DNA of 64,000 nucleotides. Origin: Felis catus. Its lineage: Eukaryota. Positions within the stretch are counted from its first letter, which is position 1, and each line of letters starts with the position of its first letter. Under the pieces are notes generated by a model. That model saw nothing but the letters and a program-made list of their open reading frames with translations, ran no database searches and was not told the DNA's origin. The translations under genes and the position numbers were made by a program. Shown here one piece after another: positions 23,801 through 36,167 of the stretch. The stretch spans positions 151,528,001-151,592,000 of the forward strand of contig NC_058372.1 of assembly GCF_018350175.1 (NCBI RefSeq). Direction: 5' to 3'.

Positions 23801-26515
23801 AGGTACCAGGTGCTGATGGGGTAGGAGCAGGCCTTGGTTTGGAGGCAAGGAGCGCACAGGTGAGCCAGAAGCCCTCTGGGGAACCAGAACCAGGAGCAGC
23901 GACCTTGGCGGGGAGGAAATGCCTGCCCCTCCACAGGGGTTTCCGGGAGGCTTCCGGGGGGGGGGGGCAGAAAGTGGGGCAACAGTCACTGTTTGGGCCA
24001 CCTTCACGGTGTGACTCTGACTGCTCGTAGAGCTCGCTCAAGTGACCGGGCCTGGATCGGTGCATCCAGAGCTCCCCAAGTTCACACCGGCTTATTTTAG
24101 ATGAACTGGCAGGTGCTAGCTTGGAAGACAAGGAAACATAGTTCTATCATTTCTGCATAAGAAAACCTACTGTGCATTCCAGATTCCCACACAAACCTCT
24201 GCGCGGGCCATCTGGGCCCCTCCCCATGACCAGGCGGGGTGCTGGCTTCCTTGTCCCTCCCCAGGCTCGTGGCCCAGCATCTCGGACGTCCCCAGGCCTT
24301 GCCTCCTACCTGCTTGTCCACAGCCACCTGGGCCTCCACAGCCTACCGCCCCAGCAGCGCCTCTCACACGTCGCTCCTCCGTCTTTGGGGTCTGCACTCC
24401 AGCCAAGTCCCTGCTCACCGACTCTGGAGACCCCAGGGCCCCGCCGGACACACTGTGGTCCACCCCCTGCACGCAGGGCCCCACTGTCCCCTGCCTGGGT
24501 TTGCAGTGCTCCTACCTTGGCCAGGACCCGTTGAGCTCCTAACGTACACCAGACAAACGTCTCACCTCTTTAACACAGGTGTTCTTTGTACCCTGCTTTG
24601 TCAGCAAAGAAGCTGAGGCTTGGAGGGACTAGGCATGTGTGCAGGGCTGGAAAACAGTGGGGGTGAATTTTTGCCGGGGACGGTCTGAAAGCCAGGCACC
24701 CACAGTGAACCTTACCTCCAAGCGGCACTTCTGGAGAGACACGGGCCAGAGGCACCCACGGCACCACTGCGCTGGCCCCGGGGAGGCTGGCCCTCAGTGT
24801 GCGCAGTGAGAATAAAAACGGCCTGTTCTCCAGAGTCAAGCAAGGAAAATATCAGTTATTCTCTGGCTTCGGTCTGAAGCTGCAGACAAGAAAGCACAAA
24901 AGCTCAAATGCCATCCCGGTGGGTCAGTGACAAGTTCCCTTCGGCGGTGGCACTTCTGAAAGCCTGCCCATCCTCCAGGTCCCTCCAGGGCCCAGGTCCT
25001 GCTGCCCCCTGCCCCCATGCTTCCCGGCACTCTGGGTCAGACTCCGTACCTTATGAGAACAGCTCCCCTTGGTTTCACGAGTAATCGATTAAGCTTCGTC
25101 TCAGATATCGGGTGGATTCTTCCTTGGAGAGCAGCAGGTGTAAGGCAGGTCCCGGCTCAGGTGAGCCAGCCGCCGTCTCTGAGGGGCCCAGCCCCAGACC
25201 GTGGGCGCGGGCAGCGGTGTTCCCCAGACGGCTCCATCCGGACAGAGCAGAGCCCCTGGCTGCGTCGGGGGGACGGGGATGGGCGTGAAGCCCAGGGAGC
25301 AAGTCCAGCCACACAGAGTGTGCGGTCTGCTGGGGACCCTGAGGATAAGGCAGGAGCCCAGTGCCCCGGAAGGTGCGGTGGGGATGGCCGCCGCGGCCCT
25401 GGGAGGGCTGACTGGGCTCTTCCGGTCCTGCCTGCCCTGGGAGTGGAGCCCAACGCACCGGGAGGCCCCTGGAGCCCAGACGGAAGGGCTGGTCCGCCTG
25501 AGCCTGCACCCTGTGGGCCAGCGGCTCCCTTACACCAGCATTTGCCCGGCGCCACAAGGACCCAGCTGGTGATACCAAGCAGGGCAGCATAGAGCGCTCT
25601 GCCAGGTTTAAAAAAAAAGGGTTTTAGAACTGGTGGTGATGGAAGTCTCCAGTGGACAAAGAAAACTGCAGGTAAAATGTCCAATAGAAGTTTCAAGGAG
25701 GATCTCAGCCACTCTGGTTGAGAACAGTGCAGTGCTAGACATCAAGCCATAATGAGGCGCCGATTTTCAGCGAAAGCTTGGGGATCGTAGATGCCGTGTC
25801 GGCCGCTGCCGCCTGCACCGGTCCATCCCCAAGCTCTGCACGGTCCCTCCCACGCTCCGGGGGCCTGCGGCTGTGTTCCCAGTATGCACAGGCCGCAGCC
25901 ACTGGTCTTCCTTCAAGATTCAGTCCCTGCTGGCTTGAGGGACGGTCCCAAGCCACCCTGTGCATTTTCCTCTGGCCCCACAGCCCGCCCACACCTCCAT
26001 CCTGAGACTCTGGCGCCTTAGGCCACTTGGGGTGCAAGGGTCTGCACGGCCTCTTTTCTCTCCCAGATCGTGGCCCCTGCCCAGGGCTGGCCCAGAGGAG
26101 ATGCTCCAGGAGGTGCATGGATGCTGCCGAGGGAGGCCTGAAGTAGCAGACAGACCACAGAAAGAGCGCGTTCCTGAACGCACGCTGTGTAAGCTGACTC
26201 AGAGCTGAGAATAACGATTACGAGAAGCCACAGCTGGAACCCGCGAAGATTTTTAAAGATTCATTTTCCTCCATCTTCTCCCATTTTAACTCGAAACCTA
26301 CCAGTGCAGTTCTGTGGATCTCAGTTTCCACTTGGACTCAAAGGCAGGACTGAGGCCCGGCTCCCCTTCTGTGCACGGCGCCCGCGGCCTCAGCGTCTGC
26401 TGTATCTTCACAAATGGACGGCATCCCCTGGAGACAGAAGCAAGCCTACAGACCCTCCAGCGCACAGCTTTCCTGAGCGCACCGCTCGCACGAGATTCAC
26501 TGCTTGTTGTTTTTT

Positions 26516-26741
26516 ATTCTGTTTTTCACTTTTTTATTTTCTTTTTAATGTTTTTATTTATTTTTGAGAGAGAGAGAGAGACAGAGATGAGCGGGGGAGG
26601 GGCAGAGACAGAGGGAGACACAGAGGATCCGGGCTCCCAGCTGTAGGCACAGAGCTGGCTGCGGGGCTCGACCTCATGAACCGTGAGATCGTGACCTGAG
26701 CCGAAGTCGAAGCACAACCGACTGAGCCACCCAGGCGCCCC
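26516..26741 (-). mobile_element. CanSINE (SINEC_Fc type)
   Basis: Reverse head ...ccgactgagccacccaggcgcccc. TSD ttgttgtttttt at 26504-26515 and 26742-26753. Confidence 0.96.
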
Positions 26742-27039
26742 TTGTTGTTTTTTGTTTTAAAAAGCAGAGAAAGAGATAAAATCAACCAACAAGAATATTT
26801 CACAAATGCTACGAGATGTCAATGAAATATCACGCAAAATGCTCCAATCTGGGGACTTTTGCCAAATCCTGCTTAGCAAGAAGGAACGTTATTTGTCATT
26901 TGTTAACTCTTAATCATTTCACATTCGGTTTATCCCCAATCCTCCTCCTCACCCCCCAAAATATTGCAAACTTACCTTTTTACTGTAGGCAAAGAAAAAA
27001 GAATGCTACTTCATGACTTCTTTAAAAGTCCTTCTTGTA

Positions 27040-27256
27040 AGAGTGCCTGGGAGGCTCAGTCGGTTAAGCGTCTGACTTTGGCTCAGGTCATAACCTCGCA
27101 GTTCGTGAGTTTGAGCCCCGTGTCGGGCTCTGTGCTGACAGCTCAGAGCCTGGAGCCTTTTTCGGATTCTGTGTCTCCCTCTCTCTCTGCCCCTCCCCCA
27201 CTCATGCTCTGTGACTCTCTCTCAAAAAATGAATAAATGTTAAAAACAACTTTTAA
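27040..27256 (+). mobile_element. CanSINE (SINEC_Fc type)
   Basis: Head ggctcagtcggttaagcg. TSD aaaagtccttct(t/g)gta at 27024-27039 and 27257-27272. Confidence 0.96.
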
Positions 27257-28613
27257 AAAAGTCCTTCTGGTAGGAAAATATCTTCTCAACAATGTTGCAT
27301 CCTGCTTCCACAGAGCAACCTCGCCTGTGCCTCACTGTGTCCCCACTCCAGAGGACCAGCATCCTCACTGATGTCACCACTCATTCCAAACATATAAGCC
27401 CACTACTCAGAAAAGGGCCTGTAGGGAGCACCCAAGAGCATGGAGTAATTAAGGAGTGGTCTCTGCTTAACCCTAGAAGCACTGGGGGAGTTACCCACCA
27501 AGCCATGACAGTATGTACAAATAAAGATGGAATCTTTTCCAATGACATCAAAAGCCCTGCAGAGCTGACGCGCCAGCCGTGCAGAGGAGGCTGAGAGGAA
27601 GCTGTTCCTGGCAGTGTGCACCGGCAGGCCTATGGCAGATCTGTGTGTCAGCATGTGGAGCAGAGCTGAGCTGTGGAACCAGGGTTATGGGGGAGCCTGT
27701 GCCTTTATCTGGACTCCGAAATCGTACATACTGCAGTCTCTGGGATTTTGATATCAGATTCAATGTAGGTGGCCATTTTGGACTATGAACTGGCGTATGG
27801 AAAAGAGCATCACCATCGTAAAGCCGAGCGACCCAGTGAGTCCAGGCCACGTGCCTGCCCTGGTGAGGAGAGATTGGGGTTAATACAGAGCCACACGTGA
27901 ACTCTGTTCCTTTTTTGCATTTGATGTATATATACCTATGCCTAAGTTACTGAATGATCTGTACACGATTTATCACTAGAATGATTTAGTCATTCTCACC
28001 TGATATTTGTCATCATGATCACAAAATCCCTTCAGATGAGAAGACTCCAAGTACCTCTGTTAGAGGCTTGGACCCATTCCAGGTATCATGACCGGCAGAA
28101 GTCAGTGGTCAGATCCGAGGGCATCCTCACAGAATGGCACTATGGTAAGAATGGCTTCTCGCTGCCGTCCCATGCCTCCAGGAGAGAGCAGATCATGGAT
28201 GAGAGGGAATTTCCCGATAGTCTAGAATCAGGGGGAGAGAAGAAGAAGATGGAGAGGAAAAAGAGTTCAATAATATAATTGTTGAAAACTTTTCAAATTT
28301 GGCAAGAGACACAAACCTACAGATTCTGAAGCTGAGCAAGCGCAAATAGGATAAATCCAAAGATATCCAAACGAAGGCAGACCATAATTAATATTTTGAA
28401 AACTAAAGAAAAAGAATAAAATCCTAAAAACAACCAGAGAAAAATGACACTCTACCTTTAAGGAAAAAATAATTGGAGTAACCATGTATTTCCCATCTGA
28501 AATCATGAGGGCCAGAAAGAAGTGGCAAGATATTTTTCAGTGTTAAAAGAGAATAGCTGTCAATTCAGAATTCTATATTTAGTGAAAATGTCTTTTAAGA
28601 ATGAAGAGGAAAT

Positions 28614-28856
28614 GGGGCACCTAGGTGGCTCAGTCAGTTAAGTGTCTGACTTTCGGCTCAGGTCATGATCCCACAGTTCGTGAGTTTGAGTCAGTCGTGA
28701 GTTTGGGGCTCTGTGCTGACAGCTCAGAGCCTAGAGCTTACTTCCAATTCTGTGTGTGTGTGTCTCTCTCTAGGCCTCCCCCCTACTTATGCTTTCTCTT
28801 TCTCTCTCAAAAATAAATAAATCTTTAAAAATTTTTTTAATCTTTAAAAAGAAAAA
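28614..28856 (+). mobile_element. CanSINE in L1 ORF1
   Basis: TSD aagaatgaagagg(a/g)aat at 28597-28613 and 28857-28873. Internal micro-duplication tcgtgagtttg. Confidence 0.95.
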
Positions 28857-29578
28857 AAGAATGAAGAGGGAATCAAGACATTCCCAGATGGAAGAAAACA
28901 AAGATAATTTAGTAGACCTACCATAAAATAATGGCTGAAGAATGTTCCTTAAACAGAACAGAAATGGTAAAACAAGGAATTTTTTTAGTAAAAATATAGC
29001 AAAGTTAATACAGTAGGCCTTTTGTTTCTTTAGTCTTCTAAATTATGTTTGACAGTTGAGGCAAAAATTATACCACTCACTGATGTTGTTCTAAATGTAA
29101 ATAAAGAAAATATTTTAAAATATTATCTTATATTAAAAGTAAGTAAATAAAAATACTATATTATAAACAGGCGAGAGTAAAAGGACATAAAAACAGGAAA
29201 GATTTCTATACTTCACTTGAACTGGTAAGATGACACCAGTAGACCATGATAAGTTACATATATATATTATGTAATACCAAGAACAACCACTAAAAAAAGT
29301 TATACAAAGAGATGCATTGATGAACACTAAACATAATTCAAAATAGAACTTGAAAAATGTCCAAGTTAATGACAGGAAGGTAAAAAAAAAAAAAAAGAAT
29401 AGACAAATGAAAAGCAAAGATAATAAAGAAACAAAAAGTAAAATTACAGACTTCAGCTCTAACACATCAACGATTACATTAAATGTAAGTGGTTTAAATA
29501 CACCCATTAAAAGACAGAGGTTGGCAGAGTGGATTAAAACCATGACCCAACTATTTGCTGTCTATAAGAACCACTCAT

Positions 29579-29795
29579 GGGGCACATGGGTGGCTCAGTT
29601 GGTTGAACATCCAACTTCAGCTCAGGTCACGATCTTGCAGTTTGTGAGTTCGAGCTCCGCATCGGGCTCTGTGCTGACAGCTCAGAGCCTGGAGCCTGCT
29701 TCAGATTCTGTCTCTCTCTCTCTCTTTCTGCCCCTCCTCCACTCACGCTCTGTCTCTCTCTCTCCTTCAGAAATAAGCATTAAAAAAAATAAAAA
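29579..29795 (+). mobile_element. CanSINE in L1 endonuclease domain
   Basis: TSD aagaacc(a/g)ctcat at 29566-29578 and 29796-29808. Confidence 0.96.
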
Positions 29796-30599
29796 AAGAA
29801 CCGCTCATAAAATAAAACAAAATAAAAATTTTGAAAATGAAAGGATGGAAAAAATGTATATCATGCAAACATTAAGCAAAGAAAATCAGGAGTTGTTATA
29901 TTAATATAAGGTAGATTTCAGAACAAAGAAAATTACCAGAGAGGGACCTAATATAATGATAAACACTCTACCAAAAAGTTATAGCAATCCTAAATAGGTA
30001 TGGACCAAACTATAAAATGCAAAATATCTGAAGCAAAAACTGGTACCTGTTATACTTGGAGACTTTAACATCCCAATATCAACAATAGATAGAACAATCA
30101 AATATAAAATTATCAAAAATAGAGATAACTTAACAATATGATCGACCAACAGAATCTAACAGACATTTAAGAGCATTCTACCCAACAATAGCAGAATACG
30201 CATTCTTTTCAAAAAACTATGGAATATACACCAAGATTGGCCATATCCTGAGCCATAAAATAGACTCAACAAATTGGAAATAAATGAAATTATAAAGAAG
30301 GTGCTTTTCAACTACAGTAGAATCAAACTAGAAATCAATAATAGAAAGATAACAAGAAATTTGCCAAACACTTGGAAACTAAGCAATATACCTCTAAATA
30401 ATCCACGAGTCAAAAAGGAATTCTTGTAAAAATTTTAAAAATACATTGAACTGAAAGAAAATATCATATGTCAAAGTCTGTTGGGCCTAGCTAAAGCAAC
30501 ATTGAGAGGGAAATTTATAGCACAAAATGTTTATGTTAAAAAAGAGAAAAGATCACAAATAAATAATCTAAGCTCCCAGTTTAAGATTTTCGAAAAAGA

Positions 30600-30815
30600 G
30601 GAGTGCTTAGGTGGCTCAGTCTGTTAAGTGTCCAACTCTTGATTTTGGCTCAGTTCATGATCTCACAGTCATGAGACTGAGCCCTGCATTGGGTTCTGTG
30701 CTGACAGTGTCTAGCCTGCTTGGGATTCTCTCTCTCTCCTTCTTTCTCTGTCCCTCCCCTGTATCTTCTCTCTCCCTCTCTCTTTCTCTCAAATAAATAA
30801 ATAAACTTAAAACAA
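30600..30815 (+). mobile_element. CanSINE, older subfamily
   Basis: ggtggctcagtctgttaag head, 'gcctgcttgggattctctc' and aaataaataaataaac tail. Confidence 0.95.
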
Positions 30816-30953
30816 TAAGAGATTAGAAAAAGAAAAGCAAAATAAACCCAGAGTGAGCCGAAGAAGGAAATAAGCATAAATCAATAAAATTGAAAACAAA
30901 AAACAGAGAAAATCATTGAAATGATAACTTGTTTCTTTGAAAAGATCAATGAA

Positions 30954-32696
30954 TTCCCTTGCCTTTGGAAATGTATCAAGTAAGAAATTGCTGCAGCTGA
31001 GGTCAGAGAGGTTTTTTCCTGCTTTCTTCTCTAGGGTTTTGATGGTTTCCTGTCTCACATTCAGGTTCTTTATCCATTTTGAGTTTATTTTTGTGAATGG
31101 TGTAAGAAAGTGGTCTAGTTTCATCCTTCTGCATGTTGCTGTCCAGTTCTCCCAGCACCATTTGTTAAAAAGACTGTCTTTTTTCCATTGGACATTCTTT
31201 CCTGCTTTGTCAAAGACTAGTTGGCCATACTTTTGTGGGTCCAGTTCTGGAGTCTCTATTCTATTCCATTGATCTATGTGTCTATTTTTGTGCCAATACC
31301 ATGCTGTCTTGATGATTACAGCTTTGTAGTAGAGGCTAAAGTCTGGGATTGTGATGCCTCCTGCTTTGGTCTTCTTCTTCAATATTACTTGGGCTATTTG
31401 GGGTCTTTTGTGGTCCCATACACATTTTAGTATTGCTTGTTCTAGCTTTGANNNNNNNNNNNNNNNNNNNNNNNNNNNNNNNNNNNNNNNNNNNNNNNNN
31501 NNNNNNNNNNNNNNNNNNNNNNNNNNNNNNNNNNNNNNNNNNNNNNNNNNNNNNNNNNNNNNNNNNNNNNNNNNNNNNNNNNNNNNNNNNNNNNTCATAA
31601 AGCAAAAATTAACTATTGNNNNNNNNNNNNNNNNNNNNNNNNNNNNNNNNNNNNNNNNNNNNNNNNNNNNNNNNNNNNNNNNNNNNNNNNNNNNNNNNNN
31701 NNNNNNNNNNNNNNNNNNNNNNNNNNNNNNNNNNNNNNNNNNNNNNNNNNNNNNNNNNNNAAACTCCACACCCGAAAAACAAATAATCCAGTGAAGAAAT
31801 GGGCAGAAGACATGAATAGACACTTCTCTAAAGAAGACATCCAGATGACACATGAAAAGATGCTCATGAAAAGATGCTCAACGTCACTCCTCATCAGGGA
31901 AATACAAATCAACACCACCATGAGATATCATCTCACACCAGTCAGAGTGGCTAAAATGAACAAATCAGGAGACTATAGATGCTGCAGAGGATGTGGAGAA
32001 ACAGAATGCTCTTGCACTGTTGGTGAGAATGCAAACTGGTACAGCCACTCTGGAAACAGTGTGGAGGTTCCTCAAAAAGTTAAAAATAGATCTTCCCTAT
32101 GGCCCAGCAATAGCACTGCTAGGAATTTACCTAAGGGATACAGGAGTGCTGATGCATAGGGGCACTGGTACCCAATGTTTATAGCAGCACTTTCAACAAT
32201 AGCCAAATTATAGGAAGAGCCTAAATGTCCATCGACTGACAAATGGATAAAGAAATTATGGTTTATATACACAATGGAATACTACTTGGCAATGAGAAAG
32301 AATGAAATGTGGCCTTTTGTGGCAACATGGATGGAACTGGAGAGTGTTATGCTAAGTGAAATAAGTCATACAGAGAAAGGTAGATACCATATGTTTTCAC
32401 CCTTATGTGGATCATGAGACACTTAACATAAGACCATGGGGGAGGGGAAGGAACAAAAAAAGTTTGAGAGGGAGGAAGGCAAACCATAAGAGACTCTTAA
32501 AAACTGAGAATAAACTGAGGGTTGATGGAGGTAGGACGGAGGGGAAAGTGGGTGATGGGCATTGAGGAGGGCACCTGTTGGGATGAGCACTGGGTGTTGT
32601 ATGGAAACCAATTTGACAGTAAACTTCATATTAAAAAAAGAAGAAGAATATACATATAAAATCTTTAAAAAAAGATTTCCAAATTTAAAAAAAAAA
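30954..32696 (+). mobile_element. Felid L1, 5'-truncated with 5' inversion (antisense 30954 to about 31597, sense about 31598-32696)
   Basis: Minus-strand ORF2 peptide '[36 protein letters not shown]...FPKARE'. Plus-strand ORF2 C-terminus, 3'UTR and A-tail. Imperfect TSD around aaa(g/t)atcaatgaa at about 30941-30953 and 32699-32711. Confidence 0.9.
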
Positions 32697-33399
32697 GGAA
32701 ATATCAATGAAATTGACAGACCTCTACCAAGACTGAAAAAGACAGAAGACAGAAATTATCCACACCTTTACTAAGACAGGGGAGTTCACTACAAACCCTG
32801 CACACATCAAAAGGGTAAGGAAACACTATGAACAACTCCACACACAAACATTTATCAACTTAGACAAAATGGACCCCGTTCTTCCAAAAACACAATCTAC
32901 CATAATTCACCCAAGATAGAATAGATCATTTGAATCACACTTTAACTCTTAACGATTTTGAGTGTGTAATTTTAAAACTTCCAGAAGAATAGTTTCCAGG
33001 CCAGATGGTTTCACAGAGGAATTCTACCAAATGTTTAAAGAAGAATTAACACTAATTCTACATGATCTCTTCTAGGAAATATAAAAGAATACTTCCCAGT
33101 TGATTTAATGAAACTAGTGTTACCCTGATACCAAAAAGTCAAAGAAAATATCAAAAGAGGAATGACAAGCCAATATACGTCATGACAATAAATGCAAAAA
33201 TCCTTAACAAACATTAGCTTACAGATTTCCACAACATATATATACAAAAAAGATAGCCAAGTGTGAGCCAGCAAAGATGGGCTGAGTAAGGACGGAAGGG
33301 CAGAGTCTGGGGCACAGGGAATTCAGGGGAAGGAAGCATGGGCACTTGGAAAGGTCAAACGAAGTTTGGTTTGACTGGAGTCTGGTGAGGCTGGTCATA

Positions 33400-34560
33400 T
33401 AAATACCTCCAAGAACCAGTAAAGGGGGAAAAAGCACAACATAAAAATGGGCAAAAGTCATGAGTAAGATTTCACAGAAAAAGAAACACAGTTGGCTAAT
33501 AAACACATGAAAAATGTTTTAAACCTCATTAGTTAGTAACCAGGCAATATAAATTAAAACGCAATCATATAGGAGTACACACTAGATTGGCAAAAAAGTA
33601 AACAAAAATCACATAGTAAACGAGTATTATTGCAGATATGCAAAGATGAGAACTCATACCCTGCTGCAGAATTGCAGGTTGATGTAACAACATTAGGAAA
33701 CACGGATCATTTCACAGTGACACTGCGCAAAGACATCAACTATGGAGCAGCAATTTCGCTTCTAGGTACAGAACTGAAGAGAGGCCACTCAAGCCGCTGT
33801 AACCATACGCTGTACACTGGGCGCTTAGAAACAGAAACCTATTCCTCTCGACTCTGGAAGCTGGAAGTCCAAGATGAGGATGCCAGCAGATCCAGTGCCC
33901 TCACGTGGCAGAGGTGCAGGGGAGCTTCCCGGGGTCCCTTTACAAGGGCACTGATCCTACTCATGGGGGCTCCACCCTCATGACGTAACCACATCCCAAA
34001 GGCCCCTCCTCCTAATGCTGTGGCATTGCATTAGGGGTTAGGGGTTCAACACATGAACTTGGAGGGACACAAACACTCAGTCAATGGCACTGACGCACGT
34101 GTGTACCATGAAAATGTTCACGGCAGCAATGATGAAACAGCAGAAGAACCGAAACCACCACTGGGATGGGCACACGAGTTGTGGGGTTTTCATACAATGA
34201 GACTCACTGCTGGTCAAATAAGCCACAGTCCCACATGTCACCCATGGTTGCATGCCTCTGAAACTCCGTGTCAAGTAAAAGAAGCAAGCCACGAAAGGAA
34301 ACCACAGTGCAAGTCCACCTGTGTGAAGCGCAGACACTTGCCATACAAAATGATGTGTTGTTCGGATATGAAGAAAATCAAGGCAACCTTGAATACAATT
34401 CATGATAATGATCATCTCCAGGTGGAAAGGAGTGAGGTGTGTGTGGTTAGTCTGGAGCACATGGAAGTTTCAAACAGACGGACAAAGCTCTCCCTCCAAA
34501 TTTGGGTCGAGGGTACCTAGGTGCTCACTTTATTACTATTCTTTAAAATTTACTTCCGTA
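33400..34560 (+). mobile_element. Ancient L1M 3' end fragment, interrupted by MLT1
   Basis: 'aaaatgggcaaaagtcatgag...ggctaataaacacatgaaaaatg', 'cagcaatttcgcttctagg' and 'gaaaatgttcacggcagc'. Confidence 0.75.
33780..34089 (-). mobile_element. MLT1A-type MaLR LTR
   Basis: 'gctggaagtccaagat', 'aagggcactgatcc...ggctccaccctcatgac...cccaaaggcccctcctcctaat' and 'ggagggacacaaacactcag'. Confidence 0.85.
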
Positions 34561-34689
34561 TTCCATACACTTTCGCATATTCTTTTGTTTTCCCATCACT
34601 CTTGGAAGCATTTTTTACTTGTGTGACTTTACATAGTGTATCTCGTACAACGCAATGTATCAAAGATATCCTTTTTTTCAGGATAGGTG

Positions 34690-36167
34690 TTTTTGTGTGT
34701 GAAGTACACACATTTTAACCATTTTTAAAAGTACACTTAGGTGATATTAAATACATTCATTGGTGCAATCGTCACCACCACACATCCTCATTACTCTAAA
34801 AATAGTCTTAATTCTGAAAAACAAGAGTTTTTCATCTTGTAAAACTGAGAGTCTTCACCCATTAAACGAGTAACTCCCCATCCTCCCCGCCCCAGCCCCC
34901 AGAAACCACCACTCTATTTTGTCTCTATGGATTTGACTACTCTGGTCGCTTCATATAAGTGCACTCCTACAGTGTTTATCATTTTGTGACTAGCTTATTT
35001 CACTTAGAGTAATGACCTTGAAACTCATCTGTACTGTAGCATATAGCAGAATTTCCTTCCTTCCTGAAGCTAAGTAATATTCCAGTATGTGTTTATGCCA
35101 TACTCTCCTTACCCATTCATCCACCAACAGACAGNNNNNNNNNNNNNNNNNNNNNNNNNNNNNNNNNNNNNNNNNNNNNNNNNNNNNNNNNNNNNNNNNN
35201 NNNNNNNNNNNNNNNNNNNNNNNNNNNNNNNNNNNNNNNNNNNNNNNNNNNNNNNNNNNNNNNNNNNNNNNNNNNNNNNNNNNNNNNNNNNNNNNNNNNN
35301 NNNNNNNNNNNNNNNNNNNNNNNNNNNNNNNNNNNNNNNNACTAGGGCTCCAATTTCTCCACATGCTCACCAGCACTTGTTTCCTGGGTTTTGATCATAG
35401 CCATCCTAAGGGGTGTGAGGTGGTATCTTGTGGTCTTTATTTGCATTTCACTAATGATCAGCAACGTTGAGCATCTTTTCATGAGCTTGGCCACCGTACA
35501 TCTTCTTTGGAGGAAAATCTATTCAGTCCTTTGTCCATTTTAGAATCAATTCTGTTGAGTTTTAGCAGTTCTCTATACATTCTGGATATTAATCTCTTAT
35601 CAGATATAGGACCTACAACTATTTTGTCCCATTTTGTGAGTTATCTTTTTATATATAATTTAATAATGATGTATCTTCATGGGTACCTTTGAGTTCACCT
35701 TACTTGGAGTTTGTTGAGCTTCTTGGATGAGCTTCATGTATGCCATCAAATTTTGGAGGTTTTCAGCCATTATTTCTTCTAATATTTTCTCTGCCCCTTT
35801 CTCTCTTTTCTTCTTCTAGGACTCCCAGGTGAATATATTGGCCGACTTGATGGTGCCCCACAGCATCCTTAGGGCTGTTTGCTTTTCTTCAATCTTTTTT
35901 CTTGCTTCAAACTCTAGAATTTCCATTGCCTATCTTCAAGTGTGCTCATTCTTTCTTCTGCCTGCTCAAATCTGTTTTCAATTCCTCTGGTGAATTTTTC
36001 ATTTCAGTTACTGTACTTTGTGCCTCCAGAATTTCTTTGGGGTTTCTTCTTAGGTTTTCTACCTCCTTCCTAACTTTCCATTTTAGTCACACATGATTTT
36101 TTTTTTACTTTTTCCACATCTTTATTTAGCTCTTCAACCACATTTAAAAGTTGTTTAAAGTCTTTGT
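34690..36167 (-). mobile_element. Ancient L1MB-type element, left part (3' end directly joined to ORF1 region)
   Basis: Antisense 3' end 'taactccccatcctcccc...tctctatggatttgactactct...catataagtg', then antisense ORF1 'ttggagtttgttgagcttcttggatg...ttttcagccattatttcttc'. Confidence 0.85.

Larger units (their letters stand above)
28215..33260 (+). mobile_element. Ancient L1M: ORF1 3' part, inter-ORF region, ORF2 endonuclease to start of RT; host of three SINEs and one younger L1
   Basis: Translation 'ITLNVSGLNTPIKRQRLAEWIK' matches the L1 endonuclease start. 'FFEKINE|IDRPLPRL' is split by the nested insert. 'ccagggccagatggtttcac' (PGPDGF) is present. Many stops and frameshifts. Confidence 0.92.
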
